A DNA stretch of 64,000 nucleotides. Source: an uncultured Candidatus Actinomarina sp. Its GTDB lineage: Bacteria; Actinomycetota; Acidimicrobiia; Actinomarinales; Actinomarinaceae. The position numbers and the translations under genes were made by a program. The DNA is taken from NCBI GenBank assembly GCA_902593795.1, contig CACJJR010000001.1, positions 131,230-195,229 of the forward strand. The letters are read 5' to 3'. The stretch's first letter is position 1, and each line of letters starts with the position of its first letter. The notes beneath the pieces are model-generated. The model saw only the letters and a list, made by a program, of their open reading frames with translations. It did no database searches and had not been told where the DNA came from. Below are positions 26,624 to 36,109 of this stretch, in pieces.

Positions 26624-28545
26624 TATACGTCCAAAAATCTTACGTCTTTAGCGTTCTTTTCTATAAAAAGTTTTCTTTTAGATACATCGTTGCCCATTAA
26701 GACTTCAAACATATCAGAAGCCTTGGCCATTGCTCCTTTGGCGTCTGCAAGTGTTACTTTAATAAGGGTCCTTGTTTCTGGATTCATCGCTGTGTCCCAC
26801 AGCTCACCAGCATTCATTTCACCAAGACCTTTGAACCTGCTGATATCAAATTTTTTATTTTTGTTTTCTTTTTTAAACTTGTTAAGTGCTTCGTCGTCCT
26901 TTAAATAGGTTATTCCAGAAGAAGCTTTAAGCCTGTAAAGTGGTGGTTCTGAGATCCAAACCTTTCCGCTAGTAATTAGGCCTGGCATAAATTTAAAGAA
27001 AAACGTTAAGAGCAGGGTTCTTATGTGTGCACCATCTACATCAGCATCTGTAAGAAAAATAATTTTGTCATATCTTGACTCTTCTCCGTTGTACTGTGTT
27101 TTAATTCCCGTTCCAATTGCTTTTATTAAAGCGCTAATTTCTTCATTTTGAAGTGCTCTGTTTTCTGTAACTTTCTGAACATTTATTATTTTGCCCCTTA
27201 TTGGCAAAATTGCTTGAACTCTTGAATCTCTTGCTTGTTTCGCTGGGCCTGCTGCTGAGTCTCCTTCAACAATAAACAGTTCGCTTTCTGTTGGATCAGT
27301 AGAGGAACAGTCTGCTAGTTTCCCGGGCAGTCCTGATGTTTCAAGAATACTCTTTCTTTTCGTAAGCTCTCTTGCTTTTTTTGCGCTCATTCTTGCTTTT
27401 GCCGCAACAGCGCACCTTTCAACAATAGCTCTTCCCTCTTTCGTGTTCTTTGTTAGCCATTTTGGAAATTCATCATTTATTAATACTTGAACTCTTGATT
27501 TCATTTCTGTGTTCCCAAGCTTTGTCTTTGTTTGTCCTTCAAACTGTGGTTCTTTGACCCTCACAGAAACAACTCCTGTCATTCCTTCTCTTATGTCATC
27601 TCCAGTAAGTGAAATGTCTGAGTGTAGGTTTCTTTTTTTTGCAAAGTCGTTAATAGCTTTTGTCACCGCTGTTCGAAGGCCCTCTTCGTGGGTGCCTCCT
27701 TCTAGTGTGTGGATGTTGTTTGCAAAGCTTTTTACCGTTACATCATCTTCGTTTTTCCACTGTAAAGCTACTTCAATTTCTGAGTCTTTAGTTTGGTCTG
27801 CAAAAGAAATTATTTTTTCATGAAGTGGTTCAAACCCTTCGTTCAAATATTCAACAAAATCGATAAGGCCTCCTTTGAAGTGAAACTCTTCCTTTGTTGC
27901 TGGCTTGACCCTGTTGTCAACGAGAGTAATTTTTAGACCTTTGTTCAAAAAAGCGGTTTGACGGAGCCTTTCAGAAACAATGTTGTATTCATATGTCTGG
28001 GTTTCGTCAAAAATTTCTGGATCTGCAAGAAAGTTAACTTTGGTTCCTGTTTTTTTAGATACCTTGCCTCTTTTGATTTTTGTTTTAGGTTTTCCTAAAT
28101 CAAAGTCTTGATTCCAAACGTGGCCATCTCTTTGAACCTCTACTTTAACAAACTTGGAAAGAGCGTTAACTACCGAAATACCAACCCCGTGGAGTCCTCC
28201 ACTAACTGTATAGGCTCCTGACTCGAACTTCCCACCTGCGTGAAGAGTTGTTAAGACCGTAGTGAGGGCAGAAATTTTAGTTTTTGGATGTGGTTTAACC
28301 GGAATACCGCTTCCATCATCTTCAACCGTTACTGATCCGTTTTTCTCCAAAGCAACAGTAATTTTTGAACACCTGCCAGCCATTGCTTCATCAACTGAGT
28401 TGTCTAAAACTTCCCAAATAAGGTGGTGTAGTCCGTTTGGTCCTGTTGAACCAATATACATAGCTGGTCTTTTTCTAACTGCTTCAAGACCCTCAAGAAT
28501 TTTTATATCTTTTGAATCATAACTATTTGAATCTTTTTTAGACAC
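26623..28545 (-). CDS. gyrB: DNA gyrase subunit B
   Basis: 640 aa. It has the GHKL ATPase blocks (LEGLEAVRKRPAMYIG, LHAGGKF) and Toprim EGDSAAG and DADVDGAHI. Confidence 0.95.
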   Translation of the reverse strand: MSKKDSNSYDSKDIKILEGLEAVRKRPAMYIGSTGPNGLHHLIWEVLDNSVDEAMAGRCSKITVALEKNGSVTVEDDGSGIPVKPHPKTKISALTTVLTTLHAGGKFESGAYTVSGGLHGVGISVVNALSKFVKVEVQRDGHVWNQDFDLGKPKTKIKRGKVSKKTGTKVNFLADPEIFDETQTYEYNIVSERLRQTAFLNKGLKITLVDNRVKPATKEEFHFKGGLIDFVEYLNEGFEPLHEKIISFADQTKDSEIEVALQWKNEDDVTVKSFANNIHTLEGGTHEEGLRTAVTKAINDFAKKRNLHSDISLTGDDIREGMTGVVSVRVKEPQFEGQTKTKLGNTEMKSRVQVLINDEFPKWLTKNTKEGRAIVERCAVAAKARMSAKKARELTKRKSILETSGLPGKLADCSSTDPTESELFIVEGDSAAGPAKQARDSRVQAILPIRGKIINVQKVTENRALQNEEISALIKAIGTGIKTQYNGEESRYDKIIFLTDADVDGAHIRTLLLTFFFKFMPGLITSGKVWISEPPLYRLKASSGITYLKDDEALNKFKKENKNKKFDISRFKGLGEMNAGELWDTAMNPETRTLIKVTLADAKGAMAKASDMFEVLMGNDVSKRKLFIEKNAKDVRFLDV

Positions 28546-28619
28546 GAATTATCTCCAAGATACGCTTCTATTTATTTGTTACAGCCCCTGCTGAAATCTT
28601 ATTTTACTAGATTTACAGA

Positions 28620-28907
28620 TTATTGCTTAATATTGGATATTTGAACATCAACGTTTTTAAGCTTAATTTTCGTATTTTTTTCAATATTTATAATTAAATT
28701 TTGTGAATCAAGCTCTAAGATTTTTTTAACTCTTGAATTATCAACATAAACAATAAGCGTGTCGTTTAAAACTGGTCCTGTTACAACATCTCCTACCCAC
28801 TTATAGTGGCTTTTAGTTATATAGTCTTCAATTTTTTTAGAGTTGTTGAAGTTTATACCCAGTGTGTTGGTGTTTGGATTTATTCTTTCGGGGTCTTTTT
28901 TAAACAC
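28620..28907 (-). CDS. dciA: DUF721/DciA-like protein
   Basis: 95 aa. HYKWVGDVVTGPVLNDTLIVYVDNSRVKKILE fits the DUF721 pattern. It holds the syntenic slot immediately upstream of gyrB (the Rv0004 position in mycobacteria). Confidence 0.55.
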   Translation of the reverse strand: MFKKDPERINPNTNTLGINFNNSKKIEDYITKSHYKWVGDVVTGPVLNDTLIVYVDNSRVKKILELDSQNLIINIEKNTKIKLKNVDVQISNIKQ

Positions 28908-30025
28908 TATTCATTAGTTCTAACAGGCATTAATAAGTATTGGTATGTTTCCTCTTCACCTTGAATTACCGCTGGTTTGTCGTTTCCTGAAAATCTCAAA
29001 AACGCTTTTCCGCCGTCTAAAACTTCAATGCCTTGAATTAAGTAATTGGGGTTAAATGAAATCTTAAAGTCTGATACGTCCCCGACCTCTAGTCCGAGAA
29101 TATTAATATCAATCTCCTCAACACCCCCACCAATATCTTTGTTTGTTGATGAGATGTTTAATGTGTTCTCGTTAACAACCTTTAAAGTTACTGGAATAAA
29201 GCCCTCAGCAACAACAGTGGATCTGTCTAATGATTCCAAAATATCTTTTTTGTCTACCTCTATAGAAAAAACGTTTTCTTTTGGAAAAAGTGCTTGGTAT
29301 TCTGGATAACTTCCTTCGAGTTTCCTTACTGATGTATAGTATTTGTCGTTATAAAAATGAAGCTCTCTGTCTGTTGAGTTTATGAAAATTCTTTCTTCAC
29401 TGTCTTCAAAAAGTTTTATTGTTTCGTTTAAGGATCTGTATGAAACTATTCCAGCATCGTTTATTGGAAGGTTTGAAATCGTGTTTGTTGCGAGTCTGTA
29501 GCTATCTGTTGAAACAAGTGTCGTTTTTTCTTCTTCGTTGTCAAAATATACCCCCGTAAGTATTGGTTTTCCTCCTTCTGGAGAAGCTGCTATCCCAACT
29601 TTTCTTAAGGCTTGGAAAAGCTCTGATGGTGCTAGTTCTTGGCTTTCTTCTTCTTTATAAGACTTTTCAAGTAATGCTTTTGGGTATGTTAGGTGGTCTA
29701 GTTTTCTTAGTTTATATTCAGACTTTTCAGTTTCGATCATGACTTCGTTTCCTAGGTCTGAAAAAACAACCTCTCCTGGTGCCATTTTCCTTACCACCTC
29801 GGACAAAACCCTTGAACTTATTAAACACTCTCCGTCTACCATTGAATCTACCTGAAGCTTGGCCTTTATTACCAGATCTAAGTCTGAACCAATTACCTCA
29901 CAAAAGCCTTCTTCAACTTTAATGTAGATGCCTTGAAGAGAAGGTGTTGAGGGTTTAACATCCACAGCTCTTGAAACAGACAGTATGACTTCTTTTAGCT
30001 CTTTTGTTTTTGACTTAAACTTCAA
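28907..30025 (-). CDS. dnaN: DNA polymerase III beta sliding clamp
   Basis: 372 aa. It has three-domain clamp length, the C-terminal LLMPVR motif, and a position directly after dnaA. Confidence 0.9.
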   Translation of the reverse strand: MKFKSKTKELKEVILSVSRAVDVKPSTPSLQGIYIKVEEGFCEVIGSDLDLVIKAKLQVDSMVDGECLISSRVLSEVVRKMAPGEVVFSDLGNEVMIETEKSEYKLRKLDHLTYPKALLEKSYKEEESQELAPSELFQALRKVGIAASPEGGKPILTGVYFDNEEEKTTLVSTDSYRLATNTISNLPINDAGIVSYRSLNETIKLFEDSEERIFINSTDRELHFYNDKYYTSVRKLEGSYPEYQALFPKENVFSIEVDKKDILESLDRSTVVAEGFIPVTLKVVNENTLNISSTNKDIGGGVEEIDINILGLEVGDVSDFKISFNPNYLIQGIEVLDGGKAFLRFSGNDKPAVIQGEEETYQYLLMPVRTNE

Positions 30026-30128
30026 TTTATTCCTTTATATATATAACAACAATAAAGCTGTTAAAAATGTTTAATAAACCAAACAACTTTTTAAACACGC
30101 TTTTTCTTTGTAGTAAGTTTTAAACATT

Positions 30129-31451
30129 TTAAACACTCTCAAGAGAATTGTTCTTAAAAGTTATTTTATTGTTGAAAATGTTTATTTCTTTCTTCAAACC
30201 AGGAGAACCCTCAACTTTTTTAATTGAGGACAGAATGGTCGAGTGAGATCTGTTTCCAACATACAGACCAATCTGATTTAAAGAATATTCGGTGTGTTTT
30301 CTCATTAAATATATAAAGAGGTGCCTAGCGTTGCTAACCTGCTCGCTTCTGTTTTTAGACAAAACCAGCCTTTTATCAACTTGATATAAATCTGAGCAGT
30401 AATCAAGAATAAACTCTGGCGTAAGCTCTAAAACTTTGTTTTCACTATACATTGAAACAAGCTCTGCAACGTATTTAGCATTACCCTCACCTGTTTGTTT
30501 ATTGATTATAAGGTTGTTCACAACACCATTTATTTCCCTAAAGCTTTGAAAGTCTAAAGAGGAAAGTAGTTTAAACTCTTTATTTGTTACCAGGTTTCCA
30601 CCATATTCTTTGTTGCTTTGATTCAGCACCTCTGAGAATATTTTTTTATCAGGCTTTTCAATATCAGTAACGAGCCCGTTTAATATTCTTGACACCAATC
30701 TCTCAGGAAAACCAAGAAGATCTTGTGGTTTTTGATCAGACGCCAAAACAACGGCTTTAGAATTATTTAAAAAATAGTTTATGGTGTGAAAAAGCTCTTC
30801 AGAAACACCCTTTTTGCCTAAGAAAAACTGAATATCGTCAATTAACAATATATCAACAGATCTTATTTTGTTTTTAAAAATGTCTATATCTTTGTTTTTT
30901 ATTCCGCTTATATAAGATTCAAGAAAGGACTCTGAATCGATATAAAAAGAGGAGTAAGAAGCCTTTTCTATGGTTTTAAGTAAGTGGGTTTTTCCGACAC
31001 CTGGCTTTCCATAAACAAAAAGAGGATTAAAACGACTACCGGGATTCATGACAACGTTTTTAGCGGCTGTTACGGCAAGGTTGTTACAACTACCTATAAA
31101 CAAATCGTCAAAAAAATCAAGATCAAACACTGGCTGGTCCTCAATGATCTCCTCTTCGACTTTTTCTTCTATAACTTCAACTGATTGAGGGGGTTTAATA
31201 AAAGATTTATCAAGAACAAAGACACAGTTATGACCAGGCTTTATTGATTTATATACCTTTTCAATGCTATTAAAAACTTTTTTCTCAATAGAGGTCTTAA
31301 TAAAATCAGAACCAACATAAATATTTAAATTACCATCGGGACTTATTTCAAAACCAACCTGGTCAAGCCAGTACTTATCAGTTTTATTTTCTACTTCACT
31401 ATTTAATTTATTTTTAAAGTCTTGTAGTTGACTATTCATATCTCCACCCAA
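30129..31451 (-). CDS. dnaA: chromosomal replication initiator DnaA
   Basis: 440 aa. It has Walker A GKPGVGKTHLL, DDIQF, and the C-terminal DNA-binding block LNQIGLYVGNRSHSTILSSIKK. The true start may be the ATG at 31439 rather than the TTG at 31451. Confidence 0.95.
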   Translation of the reverse strand: MGGDMNSQLQDFKNKLNSEVENKTDKYWLDQVGFEISPDGNLNIYVGSDFIKTSIEKKVFNSIEKVYKSIKPGHNCVFVLDKSFIKPPQSVEVIEEKVEEEIIEDQPVFDLDFFDDLFIGSCNNLAVTAAKNVVMNPGSRFNPLFVYGKPGVGKTHLLKTIEKASYSSFYIDSESFLESYISGIKNKDIDIFKNKIRSVDILLIDDIQFFLGKKGVSEELFHTINYFLNNSKAVVLASDQKPQDLLGFPERLVSRILNGLVTDIEKPDKKIFSEVLNQSNKEYGGNLVTNKEFKLLSSLDFQSFREINGVVNNLIINKQTGEGNAKYVAELVSMYSENKVLELTPEFILDYCSDLYQVDKRLVLSKNRSEQVSNARHLFIYLMRKHTEYSLNQIGLYVGNRSHSTILSSIKKVEGSPGLKKEINIFNNKITFKNNSLESV

Positions 31452-31722
31452 CTTTATTAAACTTAAACGACACCATTAATATTTCATAGAGTGTGAAAAA
31501 CATATTAAATTTTTACAATTCGTTGCACCTTACCGACAAACCTTGTTTTTATTGGCTTTTGTGTGTATAAATCAACAAACAACAAACCAAAAGTTGTTGT
31601 TATAAGATGTTAGTTAGTTTGTTTTTCGCGATGTATAAATACTTTTCGCGAAGTGTAAAAATTAAAAATAAATTTGGTTTGTTTAAATACTTTATTGATT
31701 TAATGTTAGTTAAAGGTAAAAA
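31452..31722. other. candidate replication origin (oriC) / divergent rpmH-dnaA promoter region
   Basis: Gene orientation switches here. The spacer is 272 bp and AT-rich. TGTGTATAA (31562..31570) matches the reverse DnaA box TGTGGATAA at 8 of 9 positions. The repeat TGTATAAAT occurs twice and TTCGCGA(A/T) occurs twice. Confidence 0.5.
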
Positions 31723-31857
31723 ATGAAAAGAACTTATCAACCTAGTAATAGAAAAAGAAGCAGAAAACACGGTTTTAGATCAAGAATGCGAACCCGAGCT
31801 GGTCGCGAAATTCTTAAAAGAAGAAGAAAAAAAGGTCGAAAGATTATCTCTGCCTAG
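31723..31857 (+). CDS. rpmH: 50S ribosomal protein L34
   Basis: It is not in the ORF track (44 aa). The sequence is [44 protein letters not shown]. Confidence 0.95.
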   Translation: MKRTYQPSNRKRSRKHGFRSRMRTRAGREILKRRRKKGRKIISA

Positions 31858-31860
31858 GTT

Positions 31861-32178
31861 TTGTTGGTGAAGTTCGCTGCATTAAATAAAAAAAATCATT
31901 TTGAAAGCCTAAGAAAAGAAGAATTCTGCTTTGCAGAAAAAGGCGTAAGAGTTTTTGTAAAAGAAAATTATGTTGACACAAACAGACTAGCAGTCAGCAT
32001 TTCAAGCAAATACGCAAACGCTGTAAACAGAAATAGATTTAAAAGAAGGATTAAAGAAGTAGTCAGGGGTTTAGAAACAGATTTAAGTATTGATATTTTA
32101 GTTGAAGGAAACTCGAAATCTCCATTACTAAAATTGAATGAAGTTGAAACAATCTTAAAAAAACACCCTCTGCTTTAA
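31861..32178 (+). CDS. rnpA: ribonuclease P protein component
   Basis: 105 aa. It has the NRNRFKRRIKE motif and a position after rpmH. The start is a non-ATG (TTG/GTG). Confidence 0.85.
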   Translation: MLVKFAALNKKNHFESLRKEEFCFAEKGVRVFVKENYVDTNRLAVSISSKYANAVNRNRFKRRIKEVVRGLETDLSIDILVEGNSKSPLLKLNEVETILKKHPLL

Positions 32179-32187
32179 TATAAAAAA

Positions 32188-32403
32188 ATGAAAATTGTTA
32201 CGGTTTTATACCAAATGGCACGATCACTGCTTTCTTATTTCGGACTAGGTAGTGGAAACTGCATGTATTACCCAACATGTTCAGAGGTAATTGCTGAAAG
32301 CCTAGAAAACAAAGGGTTTGTTGGGACTATTCCTACAATTTTTAAGAGAGTTGTTATTTGTAATCCGATATATCAGAAATTTGGTAAAAATTGGCAATAT
32401 TAG
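32188..32403 (+). CDS. yidD: membrane protein insertion efficiency factor YidD
   Basis: 71 aa. It has the CMYYPTCSEV motif and lies between rnpA and yidC. Confidence 0.85.
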   Translation: MKIVTVLYQMARSLLSYFGLGSGNCMYYPTCSEVIAESLENKGFVGTIPTIFKRVVICNPIYQKFGKNWQY

Positions 32404-33203
32404 AACCATTTGCTCTTGCTATAGGATTTCTTCTTTCATATGTTTATGATTTCACCCTTTCTTATGGTTTTGCAATTGCAATACTTACAGTAATCATAAA
32501 TGTAATTATTTTCCCACTTACATTGAGACAGACCAGGTCAACAAAAAGAATGCAAGATGCTCAGTCTGATATTAAAAAACTACAGAAACAACACAAAGAC
32601 AATAAAGAAGATTTAAACAAAGCTATGGCGGCTATGTATAAAGAAAAAGGAATAAACCCGCTCGGTTGTATTTTGCCTCTTATTATTCAAATGCCAATCT
32701 GGTTTGCTCTCTTTAGGGTTTTAAGAGAACCACTAGAGTTTATCCCAGCGTCTTCAATTCTTTTTAAAGATCTTGAAGTTAGCACCAGCCTAACGTTTTT
32801 TAATATGGATCTACAGATTCCACCATCTGAAGTAGCAGAATGGATTGACAGGGTTCCTTATTTAATTTTGATTTTATTTGTTATTTTGACTGCCTTGTTT
32901 CAACAGCAACAAATAACAAAGAAATCAGGCAAGAGTGACAACCCCCAGGCCCAACAAATGCAAATGGTGGGTAAGGTAATGCCAATATTTTTTGGATTTA
33001 TTTCTTGGACATTACCAACAGGACTTGTTGTTTACTTTTTAACAGGAAATATATTTCGAATTGGCCAGCAAGCACTGATTGTAAAGCTTGACGACCGTGA
33101 AGAAGTTAAAGATGAAAAAAAAGAGGAAAAGGATGAAGACACACAAACAAATCCAATTCAAGAAAATCCTCGTAAAAACCGCAAAAAAAGAAGGAGAAAA
33201 TAG
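32391..33203 (+). CDS. yidC: membrane protein insertase YidC (short Gram-positive type) with a basic C-terminal tail
   Basis: 270 aa. It has FPLTLRQTRSTKRMQ, NPLGCILPLIIQMPIWFALF and the C-terminus RKNRKKRRRK. Confidence 0.9.
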   Translation: MAILEPFALAIGFLLSYVYDFTLSYGFAIAILTVIINVIIFPLTLRQTRSTKRMQDAQSDIKKLQKQHKDNKEDLNKAMAAMYKEKGINPLGCILPLIIQMPIWFALFRVLREPLEFIPASSILFKDLEVSTSLTFFNMDLQIPPSEVAEWIDRVPYLILILFVILTALFQQQQITKKSGKSDNPQAQQMQMVGKVMPIFFGFISWTLPTGLVVYFLTGNIFRIGQQALIVKLDDREEVKDEKKEEKDEDTQTNPIQENPRKNRKKRRRK

Positions 33204-33967
33204 TGGCAAATAATAAATGGGTTGAAGTAGAAGCAAAATCAATTGATGATGCTATTAAAGCAGGCTTAAGTGAGTTGAATCTTCAAGACGCAACACAGGC
33301 AAACATAAACATACTACGTGAACCAGAAGGTGGAGTATTTGGCGTGGGCGGAACAAAAGCCCTTGTAAGAATTTCTGTAAGAAACGTTGGTTCAAGAAAC
33401 TACTCTAATAAAAGACGTAATAATAATCGAAATAACAACAGTAAAAACACCAATAAAAACGGCTATAAAAAGCAATATGATTCAAAAAAACCAAGGGTTG
33501 AAGCTGATAAAGATGAGCAGTTAAAAGTATCAATTGACTTTCTAAAAGGCCTTGTTAAGTCTTTTGGGCTTAAAGGGGACGTAAAAGGTACACTTGAAGA
33601 CGAAAATTTAGTAGTACAGGTAACCGGTGAACAAACAGAAGCATTAGTGGGCGATAAGGGATTCATTATCCGATCACTCCACGAACTTACAAGAACAGTT
33701 GTCCAAAGAAAAACTGGTGCTGGAACCAGACTCAGGTTAGATGTTGCAGACTATGCATTAAAAAGAAAAGAAGCTCTAACTATTTATGCTGAGAGGTTAA
33801 GTAAGCAAATTATTGAAGACAAACAAGAAGTAATGCTTGAGCCAATGAATTCTGTAGATAGAAAAACCCTCCATGATGCTGCTTCAAACTTTGAAGGTAT
33901 AAAATCATATTCTGAAGGAAGAGAACCATACAGATCAGTTGTTTTTGCACCTGAAGAAGAAGAATGA
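33203..33967 (+). CDS. jag: Jag/KhpB RNA-binding protein (Jag_N, KH, R3H)
   Basis: 254 aa. It has a C-terminal R3H-like LEPMNSVDRKTLHDAA and an Asn/Arg/Lys-rich linker. It holds the syntenic position after yidC. Confidence 0.8.
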   Translation: MANNKWVEVEAKSIDDAIKAGLSELNLQDATQANINILREPEGGVFGVGGTKALVRISVRNVGSRNYSNKRRNNNRNNNSKNTNKNGYKKQYDSKKPRVEADKDEQLKVSIDFLKGLVKSFGLKGDVKGTLEDENLVVQVTGEQTEALVGDKGFIIRSLHELTRTVVQRKTGAGTRLRLDVADYALKRKEALTIYAERLSKQIIEDKQEVMLEPMNSVDRKTLHDAASNFEGIKSYSEGREPYRSVVFAPEEEE

Positions 33968-34560
33968 TTTTTGAGCCCCAGGTTCCTGACTGGGGTGAAA
34001 AATTAACTTTTAATAAATTAAACGAACTAATTAAATACCACACATGGCTAAGTACAACTGGCATAAAAACAGGCTTAATTAGTCCTAAAAATGAACAATT
34101 TATTTGGGATGAATTTATTATTCACTCTCTTTATTTTGCAAAAATAATTACAGAAATGCCAAATATTGTTGAAGAAGTTTCAGATCTTGGTACCGGTGGG
34201 GGGATTCCAGGTATACCTATAGGTATTACTACAGATATAAAGGTTAATTTGGTAGATATTAAGGAAAAAAGAGTTTTTGAACTATCAAGGCTTTTAAAGA
34301 TACTGGACCAAAAAAACATGTTTTCACTACAAGAGGACGCAGAAGATCATATTAAAAATGGAGGGTTTTTTGTTTCAAGATGTTATATATCTAGTGAAAA
34401 TGTAATAAATTCGATTAAAAAAGACAAGAAAACAACATATTTAGTTTCTTCAACTGGTGAAAACATAGAATATGACAATAACCTGTTTCACGTGAAACAC
34501 GAAAAATTTAAGATCAATAAAAACGATATAAGACATATAGATGTTATAAATGTTAAGTGA
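33964..34560 (+). CDS. rsmG: 16S rRNA (guanine527-N7)-methyltransferase
   Basis: 198 aa. It has the SAM motif DLGTGGGIPGIPIGI and sits in the gidB position before parA. Confidence 0.85.
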   Translation: MIFEPQVPDWGEKLTFNKLNELIKYHTWLSTTGIKTGLISPKNEQFIWDEFIIHSLYFAKIITEMPNIVEEVSDLGTGGGIPGIPIGITTDIKVNLVDIKEKRVFELSRLLKILDQKNMFSLQEDAEDHIKNGGFFVSRCYISSENVINSIKKDKKTTYLVSSTGENIEYDNNLFHVKHEKFKINKNDIRHIDVINVK

Positions 34561-35312
34561 AAACAATTTCTGTAGTTTGTCAAAAGGGTGGAGTTGGAAA
34601 GACAACCACAGTTATTAATATTGCAAGCGTACTTGCAAACAAAGGTCTAAAAACACTCATAATTGATACAGACCCTCAAGGAAATGTGTCTACATATCTT
34701 AATCAAGAAAAATCTAACACAGACAACACCACTACTACAGACATTTTGGATGGTGAAAAAAATATAAATCCGTTAAAAGTTATTGATAATTTATATTTAA
34801 TTCCTTCAGATATTGATATTAAAAAACATAATTCGGAGAAAATAATAGGTGGATCAAAACTGAAAAAAATCCATGAAAATGAAAATATAAATACTTTTGA
34901 CATAGTACTTATAGATACTCCTCCAACAATGAGTTCTCTTGTGCAGGAAGCTCTTGCAACAGCAGATTACTATTTTATTCCAAGTAAACCTGAGTTCTTA
35001 GCAGTTGAAGGAGTAGGACAAGCTATGTCTTTTGCTAAACAAACAATAGCAGAGGTTCCTCACACCAATCCAGTTTTTCTCGGTGTTATATTAAACCAAG
35101 TTGATACCCGAAGAGGTAGTTATCAAGATTTTGAATCTGAGTTAAAGCACATCTTGGCAGACAAACTTTTTAAAACACATATATCACAACTAACTGAAAT
35201 TGCAGACAGTCCGTTCTATGCTAAAACTGTATTAGATTTTAATGAAAATAGTAAAGCTAGAATTGAATTTGAAGAGTTGACCGAGGAACTATTAAAAAAG
35301 GTAGGATTATGA
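34557..35312 (+). CDS. parA: chromosome partitioning ATPase ParA/Soj
   Basis: 251 aa. It has the deviant Walker A KGGVGKTTT and IDTDPQGN. The start is GTG. Confidence 0.9.
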   Translation: MKTISVVCQKGGVGKTTTVINIASVLANKGLKTLIIDTDPQGNVSTYLNQEKSNTDNTTTTDILDGEKNINPLKVIDNLYLIPSDIDIKKHNSEKIIGGSKLKKIHENENINTFDIVLIDTPPTMSSLVQEALATADYYFIPSKPEFLAVEGVGQAMSFAKQTIAEVPHTNPVFLGVILNQVDTRRGSYQDFESELKHILADKLFKTHISQLTEIADSPFYAKTVLDFNENSKARIEFEELTEELLKKVGL

Positions 35313-36106
35313 AAAGGTCTCTGAACACACTTATTGAAAGCACGGATGTTAGAGAGTTTAAAGTTGTTGAAATTCAAATTCAAAAAATTAGTGAAAGTAA
35401 ATCACAAGCAAGAACCTACTTTGATCCAAAAAAACTAGAAGAACTTTCGGAGTCTATAAAAAAAAGTGGTGTGTTACAACCAATTATTGTCCAAGACGTA
35501 GGGAATGACAGTTACCAACTTATTGCTGGAGAAAGAAGGCTCAGAGCTAGTAAATTATCTGGTTTAAAAACAATTCCATGTCTTGTAAAAGATGTAAGTG
35601 ATAAAGATGCTGCTGTTCTTGGTTTAGTTGAAAATGTTCAGAGGTCTCAGCTTAATACAATAGAAGAAGCCCTTGGTTACAAAAGTATTAAAGAAACATA
35701 TGGGCTTAATGCTAAAGAAATAGGTTTGTTAGTTGGAAAAAGTAGGCCTTTTATCGCTAATTTGTTAAGAATTTCAAACTTAAGCAGTACAGTACAGGAA
35801 GCTTTAAAAAATGAAAAAATATCTTTTGGCCAAGCCAGACCATTAATAGTTTTAGATCACAATCTTCAAGACAAGCTTCTTGTAGAAATTATTCAAAGAT
35901 CAATGAACAGTCGTCAGGTGGAAGAAAAAGTTAGCGAACTAAATGGGAAATCTATGATGAGTGAAGAGGTTCTACATGCAAAAAACGAATTGGAAAATTT
36001 GGTTGGTTCAAAAGTACAGGTTAAAAAAACTGGAAAATCATTTAAAGTAAATTTAAATTTTCAAGACTTTGAGAAACTCAAACAGTTTATAAATAACCTC
36101 AGCTAA
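35309..36106 (+). CDS. parB: chromosome partitioning protein ParB/Spo0J
   Basis: 265 aa. It has LIAGERRLRASKL and a ParB-box/HTH region. Confidence 0.9.
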   Translation: MKRSLNTLIESTDVREFKVVEIQIQKISESKSQARTYFDPKKLEELSESIKKSGVLQPIIVQDVGNDSYQLIAGERRLRASKLSGLKTIPCLVKDVSDKDAAVLGLVENVQRSQLNTIEEALGYKSIKETYGLNAKEIGLLVGKSRPFIANLLRISNLSSTVQEALKNEKISFGQARPLIVLDHNLQDKLLVEIIQRSMNSRQVEEKVSELNGKSMMSEEVLHAKNELENLVGSKVQVKKTGKSFKVNLNFQDFEKLKQFINNLS

Positions 36107-36109
36107 TTA

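Noticed and set aside
26469-26651. A 60-aa ORF with FFFGAGF repeats.
   Set aside because: It is the mirror image of the GyrA Lys/Pro/Ala repeat read on the opposite strand. The gyrA frame is supported by start/stop coupling with gyrB.
30026-30128. The dnaA-dnaN spacer as the origin, which is the usual actinobacterial oriC location.
   Set aside because: It is only 103 bp, and I could not find a DnaA-box-like 9-mer better than about 5/9. It is not excluded, but it is less supported than the 272-bp rpmH-dnaA spacer.
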